IMG/VR virus record: IMGVR_UViG_3300034104_001758
Coordinates: 1-61,688 of that record
Length of the DNA stretch: 61,688 nt
Origin: a virus
Taxonomy: Duplodnaviria; Caudoviricetes
Strand: one strand, 5' to 3'
This document shows, piece by piece, positions 46,126 through 55,800 of this stretch (the first letter of the stretch is position 1; each line of letters begins with the position of its first letter). Below the pieces are notes generated by a model. That model had not been told where the DNA came from, made no database searches, and was given only the letters and a program-made list of their open reading frames with translations. The position numbers and the translations under genes were made by a program.

Positions 46126-46355
46126 TGCCTACGAAGCAGTATCGTGAGGTACTGCGCCCATTCGAACAGGGTGGGACTCTGCTAAAAGTCGGAGATGCCG
46201 TTGAGGTATCAGGCTGGAAGCACACCGATAAGTTAGTAACTATGCGGTATCTGAGTCCCACTCTTTTGAAGGGTGTTGAACCCACAGAAGAGAAAAGCAC
46301 GCCAAAGGCTCCTGCTAAAAAGAAGGCAGTTGCCAAGGAAGATTCCGAAGCATAA
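46125..46355 (+). CDS. small head-associated protein
   Basis: Coupled to the capsid gene; Lys/Ala tail. Confidence 0.6.
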   Translation: MPTKQYREVLRPFEQGGTLLKVGDAVEVSGWKHTDKLVTMRYLSPTLLKGVEPTEEKSTPKAPAKKKAVAKEDSEA

Positions 46356-46361
46356 GCAGTG

Positions 46362-46390
46362 GGGCGACCTTCACGGAGGTCGCCCTTTCT
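46362..46390 (+). terminator. intrinsic terminator after the capsid genes
   Basis: GGGCGACCT-TCACGG-AGGTCGCCC-TTTCT. Confidence 0.75.
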
Positions 46391-46409
46391 GTTTCTAGAA
46401 AGGCTTAAA

Positions 46410-46829
46410 ATGACATTTACCTATTCAGGCAATCCATCTAGTTCTAATTTGGATTTAGTACGTTTCCTTTTACAGGATACGGTTTCAACTGATGAACTTT
46501 TAAGCAATGAAGAAATTACTTACTTACTTACCGCTTGGGGAAACCCACACGAAGCGGCGCGAGTTGGAGCAGAAACTATTGCTAGTCAGTTTACTCGCCT
46601 TGCAGATTCAACCTCTAAGTCTGTAGCAGATTTATCTATTTCCAAGTCTTACTCAAATAAGGCTAATCAATACCGTGAGTTGGCGCTTTCAATTGCTAAC
46701 CAGCGTGCTCGTTTGTATCCGTCAGCCCCAGTTGTAAACTTAAATTCACTTAAAGGAACTAGGGAACGCACCTTTGATTCCCGTAAGAGCGATTTCTACG
46801 TTGGTATAGACGACAACAGGGGTAGTTAA
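46410..46829 (+). CDS. head-tail adaptor
   Basis: FTYSG.P.....D.VRF...DT......L..EEI. Confidence 0.7.
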   Translation: MTFTYSGNPSSSNLDLVRFLLQDTVSTDELLSNEEITYLLTAWGNPHEAARVGAETIASQFTRLADSTSKSVADLSISKSYSNKANQYRELALSIANQRARLYPSAPVVNLNSLKGTRERTFDSRKSDFYVGIDDNRGS

Positions 46830-46831
46830 CC

Positions 46832-47164
46832 ATGGCTATTGACCCTGAGTTGGCTGAAATGATGCAGGATAGTGCAACATTTTTTGCTGAAAGTTCCCGT
46901 GACGCTTACGGTAAAACATCATTTTCTGGCACATCCCAGACTGTAACTGGACGCCTTTCCTACAAAACTCAAATGATGAAAGACATGAATGGTCGGGATG
47001 TTGTTTCAGTTGGAAAGTTTTCCAGTTATGGCGCCGTGTCCCCTTCAGTAACCGTTAAGCACAAAATGGTTGTAGACGGAATAACCGTTCCAATTATTGC
47101 CGTTGATAGCATTACTGACGAAACTGACTTAGAGCATCACGTCATTGTTTACTTTGGGGCTTAA
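46832..47164 (+). CDS. head-tail stopper
   Basis: Position and beta-rich pattern (D.YG, G..VVS). Confidence 0.6.
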   Translation: MAIDPELAEMMQDSATFFAESSRDAYGKTSFSGTSQTVTGRLSYKTQMMKDMNGRDVVSVGKFSSYGAVSPSVTVKHKMVVDGITVPIIAVDSITDETDLEHHVIVYFGA

Positions 47165-47608
47165 ATGGCTAAAGCATCAATCAATACTAAAAAGAATTCC
47201 AAACTTTCACCAAACATTCAGGTTGAAGGTTTAGCCGAACTTGTAAATGGCTTGGTTCAGGCTGGCAGAGAAACAGATGTCCGTAATTCCTTTGCTTTGG
47301 CTCTAGCCGAGGAAGCGTCAGTTGTTTTTGCTCGCTCTCAAATGCTTGTTCCAGTTGATACTGGTCTTTTAAGAAGTTCTGGATACGTTTCTCCAGTTCA
47401 AGCCGATGGAAAAACTTCTTATGTTGAAATTTCTTACGGTGGACCTGCTTCGGCTTACGCAATGATTGTCCATGAAGGATTTGCACGTCACGCAGAACCA
47501 ACCCAACGCAAGTATCTAGAACAACCTCTTTACGAACGCGCTCCAACATTTAGCAGAAACATTGGTATGAGAATGAAAGACATTTTATTAAGGATTCCTC
47601 GTGGCTAA
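47165..47608 (+). CDS. HK97 gp10-like neck protein
   Basis: VPVDTG.LRSS..YA..VHE..KYLE.P. Confidence 0.75.
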   Translation: MAKASINTKKNSKLSPNIQVEGLAELVNGLVQAGRETDVRNSFALALAEEASVVFARSQMLVPVDTGLLRSSGYVSPVQADGKTSYVEISYGGPASAYAMIVHEGFARHAEPTQRKYLEQPLYERAPTFSRNIGMRMKDILLRIPRG

Positions 47609-47999
47609 TACAATTTTAGAAGCAGTTGGCAATTACTTAGTTGCTCAGGGTCAAGGCACTCTTGGAACAAATTTGTTCCTTAGCCGTATGCCAGAAACCC
47701 CAGATGCGTGCGTTTGTATCTACGAAGGCGAAGGCGGTTTGCCTGAGTTCACCATGGGAACCACAATCCTAGATAATCCAGCAATTCAGATTATTGTCCG
47801 AGGTACACGGGAAGATTACGTCACCGCCAGAGACAAGGCTCAAACCATACGGCTTTTGCTGGCGTCCGTGGCTAACCAGACTTTATCTGGAGTTACGGTT
47901 CTTAGAATTGCTCCTATTGGCTCAGTTTTGCCTATGGGTCTTGATAAGAATGACCGTCCAATGATTAGCACAAACTACAGGGCTATTGTTTCAACATGA
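47601..47999 (+). CDS. tail terminator-like protein
   Basis: P.IQI.VRG...G.D.N.RP..S.N. Confidence 0.7.
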   Translation: MANTILEAVGNYLVAQGQGTLGTNLFLSRMPETPDACVCIYEGEGGLPEFTMGTTILDNPAIQIIVRGTREDYVTARDKAQTIRLLLASVANQTLSGVTVLRIAPIGSVLPMGLDKNDRPMISTNYRAIVST

Positions 48000-48223
48000 C
48001 CCCTAGAGAGTTAGCCTGTATCCAAGCCATAGATGCCTGTATCGCACAGTTGCACGCTATTCGGCTTGCATTAGCAACGACTCTTGCAGAACCAAAAATT
48101 GAAGAAAATAACGACACGCCAGAGGTCTGTACTCACTCAAAACTACAAACAGTTGCAACAATGGGTGGAGGAAAGGTGTCATTTTGCCTAGATTGCGAAG
48201 TGCAATTTGAGGTGACACAGTGA
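47996..48223 (+). CDS. small Cys/His protein
   Basis: C.H......TMG......C.DC. Confidence 0.55.
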   Translation: MTPRELACIQAIDACIAQLHAIRLALATTLAEPKIEENNDTPEVCTHSKLQTVATMGGGKVSFCLDCEVQFEVTQ

Positions 48224-48241
48224 CCGAAGGGAAAGACCCAT

Positions 48242-48610
48242 ATGGCAAGAGTGAAAGAACTGATGACCTCCCTAGATGCTGGAGATGCAACAGAATTATC
48301 GCCCTCTCAGTTACAAGACCTTGGAGTATTAGATGCTCAAGGTGCAAAGCAGAAAACGGCGCTAAATAACGACCTTGAATCCCTGATTCAACGAGGAACA
48401 AGTGGACGAGTTCAATGCCCCGTTTATTTTGTTTTTGAAGAAGTAGATTCCGAAATTCACAAAAAACTAACAACCCTTATAGATGAAACTCCAGTTTCAG
48501 CAAGTCAAATTTCTGGATTACTTACAAAGCATGGATTTTCTGTTAGTCACTATGCAATTCAACGCCACAGACGAAGATTTAAAGATGGCGGTTGTAGGTG
48601 TCCTAAATGA
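48242..48610 (+). CDS. putative DNA-binding protein
   Basis: C.V...I...L...G..VS...IQRHRR....C.C. Confidence 0.55.
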   Translation: MARVKELMTSLDAGDATELSPSQLQDLGVLDAQGAKQKTALNNDLESLIQRGTSGRVQCPVYFVFEEVDSEIHKKLTTLIDETPVSASQISGLLTKHGFSVSHYAIQRHRRRFKDGGCRCPK

Positions 48611-49806
48611 CATTTGACGAAGAAGTAAATCAACTTCTTGAACCCGTAGAAGCGGGCAAAACCCTAGAACCCAATCGCAAGAAAAGCGCAGATTGGTCAT
48701 CTGGATTCCAATGGAACGGTGATGCTGGAACCGTAACCACCGACCCAATTGCAGGAACCGACCCACCACAATGGAACGCTGTTCTATCTATCTTTGAATT
48801 AAACCCTGATGAGTTCGAAATTGTTGAACCAGTGCTTTTCAATGCTTGGCACGGTGGCTCCCCAGAGGGTCCAGTTTTGTATCGCCAGTGGAAAGCCAAG
48901 GTAATCCGCAAAGTTCGGCAAAATACCGTTGATGTATCAGAACTTATTGACGAGATTAAAAAGCATAAGCCCGCAAAGAAAGAAATACCCACAGCCGAAG
49001 GTTCTTTCTGTGTAGTTCTAGCCGATTGGCAGATTGGTAAAGAAGGAACCACCGCTACAGTTCACCGAATTCTTAAGGCTATTGATGACGTAGAGAATCG
49101 CGTCAAAGAGTTACGCAAACTTGGACGACCACTAGGTTCTCTGTATGTTCTATGGACTGGAGATGCCGTTGAAGGCTGTATTGGTCACTACGAAATGCAG
49201 GTATTTTCTACTGAGTTGGACAGACGCGAACAAGTAAAAGTCACAAGGAGATTGCTCCGAGATGCTCTTATCCGCTGGTCAAAGATGTTCCCAGAAGTTG
49301 TAGTTGTAGCAGTTGGCGGTAATCACGGCGAGAACCGAAGTGCGTCTGGCAAGGCATACACATCATTTGGAGATAACGATGACTTGGCAGTTGTTGAGCA
49401 GGTTGCTGAAATCTTGGCTACCAATCCTGAAACCTACGGACACGTCAAGTTCATAATTCCAAAAGACCATTTAACCGTCACAGTTGAAATCGCTGGTTGG
49501 ATTCTTGGATTGACTCACGGTCACGTTGCCCGTTCAGGCTCCAACGCCGAAGCCAAATTGCACGCTTGGTACAACAAGATGGCTGGCGGAAAACAAAGCA
49601 TAGGAAACTCGGACATTCTAGTTACTGGTCATTACCATCATCTTCGTCAGGCTGATTGGGGCGGTTGTATGTGGCTCCAAGCGCCGTCCTTGGATTCTGG
49701 CTCGGAATGGTGGCTTATCGTTAGCGGTGAGTCCAGTGAAGCGGGAGTTTTGACATTTGCTGTCTATCCTGAACGCCGTGTAGCAGATTTGGAAGTTTTA
49801 AAATGA
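48607..49806 (+). CDS. calcineurin-like metallophosphoesterase
   Basis: ADWQIG, GD..EG, GNHGE, THGH, GHYHH. Confidence 0.8.
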   Translation: MTFDEEVNQLLEPVEAGKTLEPNRKKSADWSSGFQWNGDAGTVTTDPIAGTDPPQWNAVLSIFELNPDEFEIVEPVLFNAWHGGSPEGPVLYRQWKAKVIRKVRQNTVDVSELIDEIKKHKPAKKEIPTAEGSFCVVLADWQIGKEGTTATVHRILKAIDDVENRVKELRKLGRPLGSLYVLWTGDAVEGCIGHYEMQVFSTELDRREQVKVTRRLLRDALIRWSKMFPEVVVVAVGGNHGENRSASGKAYTSFGDNDDLAVVEQVAEILATNPETYGHVKFIIPKDHLTVTVEIAGWILGLTHGHVARSGSNAEAKLHAWYNKMAGGKQSIGNSDILVTGHYHHLRQADWGGCMWLQAPSLDSGSEWWLIVSGESSEAGVLTFAVYPERRVADLEVLK

Positions 49807-50111
49807 TTGACCCACGAGACATAGCCGATACAGCCGTAGAACTGGTCTTTGGAGACCGTAATGACGACTATGGGCACCCATTAGACAACCTAGACAGAGC
49901 GGCGCGTATCTGGTCTGTAATCCTTGGAATAGAGGTCACAGCGGAGCAGGTTTGCCTATGTATGGAGGGCATGAAAATAGCCCGTGAAATCCACAAGCCG
50001 AAGATGGACAATCCAGTTGACGGCATTGGATATTGGCTTACTTTAGCCATGATTAGGCAGGAAAGATTAGAGCGCGAAATCCTCAAAAATGAGGGTTTAT
50101 CTAAACCGTAG
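49803..50111 (+). CDS. DUF6378-like protein
   Basis: GDR..DYG.P..N..R.A..WS......V...M...K.AR......D..VD..GY. Confidence 0.7.
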   Translation: MIDPRDIADTAVELVFGDRNDDYGHPLDNLDRAARIWSVILGIEVTAEQVCLCMEGMKIAREIHKPKMDNPVDGIGYWLTLAMIRQERLEREILKNEGLSKP

Positions 50112-50149
50112 TTGTGGTACACTTCTTATAGAAGGGAAGGGTGGTCACA
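50101..50149 (+). promoter_or_regulatory. CTAAACC repeat promoter and leader
   Basis: CTAAACCGTAGTTGTGGTACACT...GAAGGGAAGGGTGGTCACA. Confidence 0.7.
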
Positions 50150-50620
50150 GTGGCTAAATCAGCGTTTTGCGTAAAATGTGGAAGTAACGAGGTTTTCTGG
50201 TACCAAAATCGGAACCAAAAATGGGTTTTGTGTGAGCAGAAATCTCAAGATTATGAATTCGGAAAAGGTGGCTGGACTGCCCCTCACTATTGCGATGGCA
50301 ATGGCTTTAGCGTTGAAGAAATGATTCAATCTTACGAATCTTGCATTGAAGCCATCTTTAGCCAACAATTTGAAAACTTTGACTACGGAAAATTGAACGG
50401 TCAATTGAAGTCTTTGCGGAGCGCTCTTAAAGAAAACGTCCCAAGTATCCCAGTTGAAGTTTTTAAGGGTCGGAAAGTTCCAGTGGGAACTGTCGGAGAA
50501 ATCTCATGGGTTGGGATTGACCAGTTTGCAAACGTCAAAGTTGGAATAAAAGACGCTCAGGGCGAAGTTCATTTCACTGCCGTGAGCAACGTGAAATTGG
50601 TTGAGTTTGCAGAAAACTAA
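50150..50620 (+). CDS. early-type hypothetical protein
   Basis: CVKCG; V.KGRKVP.GT.G...W.G. Confidence 0.7.
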   Translation: MAKSAFCVKCGSNEVFWYQNRNQKWVLCEQKSQDYEFGKGGWTAPHYCDGNGFSVEEMIQSYESCIEAIFSQQFENFDYGKLNGQLKSLRSALKENVPSIPVEVFKGRKVPVGTVGEISWVGIDQFANVKVGIKDAQGEVHFTAVSNVKLVEFAEN

Positions 50621-50684
50621 ATAATCATCTAGGGTAAAGGTAATTCCTAAAGGGAATTGCTTATCACTCCCTTCATTGTGATAA

Positions 50685-50721
50685 AAACGCCGAGTCTCAA
50701 AAAGACTCGGCGTTTCCTTTT
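50685..50721 (+). terminator. intrinsic terminator
   Basis: AAACGCCGAGTCT / AGACTCGGCGTTT-CCTTTT. Confidence 0.75.
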
Positions 50722-50843
50722 GGCGTGTCGCGTACTAATCGTATGCTTTGAACAGCGAACGTGACCTCGTGTCCCCAGCCATTTCTCGTGCCCAATGTGG
50801 TCTTATGGCAGGGGTTTCGCCTTGCCGTAAGAGAGGACAAGAA

Positions 50844-51098
50844 GTGGCTAAGTATCGTGTACTTGTTGGCTTGGATTATCCACCTAACAAGCGTGCTGAA
50901 GCAGGGGACGAAGTATCCGACCTGCCCAGTTCCTCAATCACATGGCTTTTGGCTGACGGTCTAATTGAAGCAGTTGAAGGAACCAGTAAGTCTTCCAAGA
51001 AAACTGTTGTTGCTCCAGAGCCAGAACCAATTGAAGAAACAGTTGAAGAAACTGTCGAAGTTATTGTTGAAGAACCCACAGAAGAGGTGGCTGAATAA
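50844..51098 (+). CDS. small virion-associated protein
   Basis: GTG after GAGAGG; KYRVLVGLDYP....EAGD...WL...G.IE. Confidence 0.65.
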   Translation: MAKYRVLVGLDYPPNKRAEAGDEVSDLPSSSITWLLADGLIEAVEGTSKSSKKTVVAPEPEPIEETVEETVEVIVEEPTEEVAE

Positions 51099-51820
51099 TG
51101 CCAACATTTCGTCATGGTAAAAAAACAGCCGTTCTTTTTGGCGATTACAACCTTTCTTCATACTTAAATGAAGCGTCAATGTCCAGTTCATCCGAAACTT
51201 CTGAAACTACAGCATTTGGCGATGACGCAAAAACCTACATTACATCTCTAAAAGATGCCACGGTTTCTTTGAGTGGAATGTTTGAGGGTGAAGTAAATGA
51301 CACAACTCTAAACGATGCTTTAACAAACACAGATTCTACGCTTGTAACTATTTGCACTACTGGATTAGTTGCTGGAGAGCCTTGTTTCTTTGGAGTAACT
51401 CGCTCAAACTCATATGAAATTTCCTCACCAGTTGCAGACGTGGTAACAGTTACCTCAGATTTGCAATTAGATGGCGGAATAAATGCAGGAAAAATCATTG
51501 TTGGCGGGGCTTCAATTGCCGCAGGTGCAACAGTTAACTCAACATCTAATGACAATTCTGCAAGTAGCAATAATGGATTAGTAGCAAATCTGCACGTTAC
51601 TGCAAATACTGGAAATGGTTCAACAACTATAAAGTTGCAACATTCTTCAGATAACAGCACTTTTGCAGATTTAATTACTTTTACAGTTGCTTCTGGCGGA
51701 AATAACACGTCAGAACAAAAATCCGTATCAGGAACAATCAATCGTTACTTGCGTGGGAACGCAGTTGACGATGGTTCTTCTGGTGCAATCACCTACTCAC
51801 TGGCAATCTCACGGAGGTAA
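51098..51820 (+). CDS. tail tube-like protein with C-terminal extra domain
   Basis: MPTFRHGK..ETTAFG..AK.YI..L.DAT.S.SG..YE.S..V.DVVT. Confidence 0.75.
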   Translation: MPTFRHGKKTAVLFGDYNLSSYLNEASMSSSSETSETTAFGDDAKTYITSLKDATVSLSGMFEGEVNDTTLNDALTNTDSTLVTICTTGLVAGEPCFFGVTRSNSYEISSPVADVVTVTSDLQLDGGINAGKIIVGGASIAAGATVNSTSNDNSASSNNGLVANLHVTANTGNGSTTIKLQHSSDNSTFADLITFTVASGGNNTSEQKSVSGTINRYLRGNAVDDGSSGAITYSLAISRR

Positions 51821-51827
51821 CACCACT

Positions 51828-52265
51828 ATGCCAACATTTCGTCACGGTAAATCCGCCCGCTTTGAATTAGACAACGCGGCTGGCTCACTTGTAAATCTTT
51901 CTGATGTAATTGAAGACATTTCGTTTTCACAATCATTAGAAACTGCTGAAACCACAACTATGGGTTCCAGCGCAAAGTCCTACATCACTGGTCTATCCGA
52001 TGCAACCATTTCTATTTCTGGCAAATTTGACGCAACTATTGATGCTCAGATTAACGCTGTTCAAGCCGCTTTGTCTGCTGGAACTGTAAGCAGTTCCTCT
52101 TGGACTTACCGCGCTAACAGCGGTGCCATTGCCTCAGGAAACCCTGAGTATCAGGGTGAAGCACTCATCACATCTTACGAAGTATCCGCTTCTGTTGGTG
52201 ACGTTGTAACCTTCTCACTTGAGTTGCAGGTTACTGGCGCCATCACACGCGATGTTACTGCGTAA
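51828..52265 (+). CDS. major tail tube protein
   Basis: MPTFRHGK..ETTT.G..AK.YITGL.DAT.S.SG..SYE.S..VGDVVTFS.ELQVTG. Confidence 0.8.
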   Translation: MPTFRHGKSARFELDNAAGSLVNLSDVIEDISFSQSLETAETTTMGSSAKSYITGLSDATISISGKFDATIDAQINAVQAALSAGTVSSSSWTYRANSGAIASGNPEYQGEALITSYEVSASVGDVVTFSLELQVTGAITRDVTA

Positions 52266-52319
52266 TAAATAACTAAATAAAAAACGTGGCTTTAGTGCCC
52301 CTAACCTCAAGGAGAAAAA

Positions 52320-52691
52320 GTGTCCATCCGTGACCAAATCTTAGCAACAGACGATATTCCAAAGAAAATCGTAGAAGTCCCTGAATGGGGAATGTCTATC
52401 GAAGTTCGCGGAATGACTGGTGCTGACCGTACAGCAATTCTGGAAAGTGCAGTTAATCCGACTACTGGAGCAGTTGATTTAAAAATCATGTATCCAGATA
52501 TCGTAATTGCTTCTGCACATGACCCAGAAACGGGTGAGAAAATTTTCTCTCCTTCAGACCGAGATTTACTAATGGCTAAATCTGCCACTGCTTTAGACCG
52601 TTTGGCTGAAGCAGGTATGCAGGTCGGAGGTTTGTCAAAGGAAGCAAGCGATGATGCAGGAAAGCGATTTCCTGACTCATCCGACTCGTAG
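52320..52691 (+). CDS. tail assembly chaperone
   Basis: IL..DD.....VEVPEWG...VRG.TG..R; position before the tape measure. Confidence 0.8.
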   Translation: MSIRDQILATDDIPKKIVEVPEWGMSIEVRGMTGADRTAILESAVNPTTGAVDLKIMYPDIVIASAHDPETGEKIFSPSDRDLLMAKSATALDRLAEAGMQVGGLSKEASDDAGKRFPDSSDS

Positions 52692-52854
52692 ATTCGTCTT
52701 TGACTTAGCCGAAAAATTGGGTAGGACGGTGGGGGAACTGTTATACGGTTCCCCCAACCATCGTCCCATTACAGCCTATGAGTTGATGGAATGGGAATCC
52801 TTACACAATTTAAGGGCTGAAGAGGAACGTAGAGCCAATAAACGGAAAGGTTAG
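52669..52854 (+). CDS. frameshifted extension of the tail assembly chaperone
   Basis: RF.F.LA..LG.TV.EL.......EL.EW; +1 frame overlap. Confidence 0.6.
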   Translation, partial: FLTHPTRRFVFDLAEKLGRTVGELLYGSPNHRPITAYELMEWESLHNLRAEEERRANKRKG

Positions 52855-52857
52855 AAA

Positions 52858-55800
52858 GTGGCAGACGCAATCGTAACGGATGTACTAGCCCGTATTTCCG
52901 CTGACGCTTCTAACTTTGTTCGTAACATGAACCAAGCGGCTCAAACCGCAGATAATTTTGGTGGTTCGTTAAGAAACGCTGGCAATGCAATAAATGGTAC
53001 TAACCAGCAAATTCAAGGTTTGGCTGGGGGCGCCAGCCTTGCCCACAAAACAATGATGGGTCTTGGTACTGTAACCGCAATTGCTGGTGGCGCCATGATT
53101 GCTTTTGGCGTTAAATCATTTTATGCCGCGGCGCAAGTCAACGAAATGGACGTTGCAATGCGGGCAGTTGGAAATTCAACTGGTCTTGGCTATACCGCAA
53201 TGCGTCAAGCCACTATTGCAGTTCGTGACAACGGTATTGAAATGGCTTCCGCGCAACAAATGGTTTTGTTGTATGCCAAGGCTCAGTTAAATTTGGCTGA
53301 CGCATCCAAGGTTGCTCGTGTTGCTCAGGATTTAGCGGTTTTGTCTGGTGCAAACTCTACTGAAACCGCAATGCGCTTGACTTACGCAATTATGAATCAA
53401 GACACCTTGATGTTGCGTCACTTAGGTATTACCAAGACCGCATCACAAGCCTTTGAAGAATACGCTCGTGCAAACAATACAAGTGCTAAAGCCCTAACTG
53501 AGTTCGAAAAGAAACAAGCAATTACTAACATGGTTGTTGCTGAGGGCGGTAAAGTTTTTGGAGTTTACGAAGCGGCTATGAAAGAACCAGCCAAGGTTCT
53601 GCGTTCGTTCCCACGTTTGTTTAATGAAATGCAAGTTTCAGTTGGTCAAGGATTAACAAAAGCATTTGGGCCGTTAATTCTTAGCACCTATAATGCCGTT
53701 AAAGCATTTACAGCATTAGTTAATGAAGGTGGTGCGCTTACTCCAATAGTTGACGCTATTGGTAGGGCATTTGTTTATGCAACTGCCCCTATTACTGCTG
53801 TTATGGAAGCAATTGGAAAATTTCTTACCAAGATGCAAGTTTTAAGCAAGGGGGCAGAAAGAGTCAAAGAACACGTTTATGGTGTTGCTGGCTCAGCAGA
53901 AATGCTAGAAGCAAAAACTAAAGCGCTTTCAGAAACTTTTGCTAAATTCCTTCCACTTATTGCCGCAGTTGGAACTGCTTTAAGTCTTAAAGTTGGTAAA
54001 GAACTTACCGCTGGAATACCAATTTTAGGACGTTTTGTTAGCGCATTTCACCCTCTTGTAGGAGCCCTTCTTGCATTTGTATTAACGTCTCCAGCAATAC
54101 AAAATGCGTTAGGTAATTTAATTAGTGCTTTTTCCCCACTTATAGATTTATTTAAGGGTTCAGCAGATACTATTGGTGGAGCATTTACTGGAGCAATAAA
54201 CATAGTTGCTGGAGCAATAAATGTTTTGGCAAGTGGAGTTCGAACTGTTACCGAATTTATTGCCCGTAATGCCGAAACTGTAAAAATCTTAGTTGGAGTT
54301 TTACTTGGTGCTTATGCCGCTTACAGATTAATTACTGGAGCGATGGTTGTTTACAATACTATTTTGCGTATTGTGCAAACGGCTCAGTTGCAATATCACC
54401 TATTAATGATGGGTACTACTACCAGTGTAGGTAAATTAACAAAAGCAATGGGACTATTAAAAGCCGCTTTCTTAGCAAATCCAGTTGGAGCCATAATTGC
54501 TGGTATTGCTATTTTAGTTGCCGCGTTTGTATTGGCTTGGAAGCGCTCAGAAACTTTTAGAGATGTAATGACTGAAGTATTTAACACAGTTGCTAAATAT
54601 GCTGGAATTTACATTGCTTATCTTTTAAGAACACTTGCCAAAATTATTGGTGCTTTTGGAAGTTTAATGGAACAAGGAAATGTTTTTAGAAGCATTTTTG
54701 TTGGTTACATAAACACAGTTGCCAAGGCTTATGGGTGGGCAATTTCTACAATTCTTGGTGCTTTTGCAAATTTCATTGGCGGAATAAGCAGACTTCTTGA
54801 ATCTAATGAAGGTTTAAGAAAAGGATTAATTACAATTATTAATGGGTTTGCCAATGCTTATAGATTTGTATTTGGAGATATGCTTGGAGTTCTTGCCGAT
54901 TTTATTTTAAAACTTGCAGACTTCTTAGGTTCAAATGAAAGATTCCGAAAAGGTTTTGTTGTCATTTTTAATGGCGTAGCAAAAGCACTTGGTTATGTTG
55001 TTGGATTTTTATTAGATTCTTTAGCGTTTTTCCTTACTGGGCTTGCAAACGTAATTGGAAAAGTAAGTGGTTTTGGAAAGGGAATGGTTTCTCTATTTAA
55101 CGCCATAGGAACTGGTGTAACTAAAGCACTTGGAAATCTTTGGGATAAAGTAAAGGGATTCTTTAATAAACTAACAACTCCAGTTAAAGCAATACTAAAT
55201 GCTCTTGGATTTGATAAAATTGCTAAAGGAATTGAAACTGTCGCTGGCAGTTTAGGTTCTTTCACTAAGGGAGTTTTTAATTTTGCTGATAAGTCTGAAG
55301 CCGCATTAAGAAGCATGGCTAAAACTTTGGGAACTGCCGCAGACAACGCAAGAAAATTTACTGCAAAAGATTTTGGTTCAGCCATTTACGACAGTACAGT
55401 TGCCGCTTTAACCAAAACTGGAACTGCATTAAAAAAGTTTTCCGATAATGTTAAAAAGAGCAATCCGTATAAAGATGTTGGTACGGGTATGGTTTCCAGT
55501 ATAATTTCTGGATTTGCTAAGGCTGAAACAGTAATTCAGGGCTGGGCTAACAAAATAAAAACATTTAGCGAAAAAGATTTTGGTGGTGCCATTGCTGACT
55601 ATATTGTTAGAGCCGCTCAAACCGCTTCTGATTGGTTAAACAGCGCCGCAGATAAAGTCTTGGAATTTACTGGCGAAGATTTTGTTGGAAATGTAGCCGA
55701 AGCAGTTGGAAACTTTACCGATTTAATTGGTGGAATGTTTGACGACCTAACCAATGCTGGCGAAACAATTGAAACTATATTCGACAATGTTGGCGATGGT

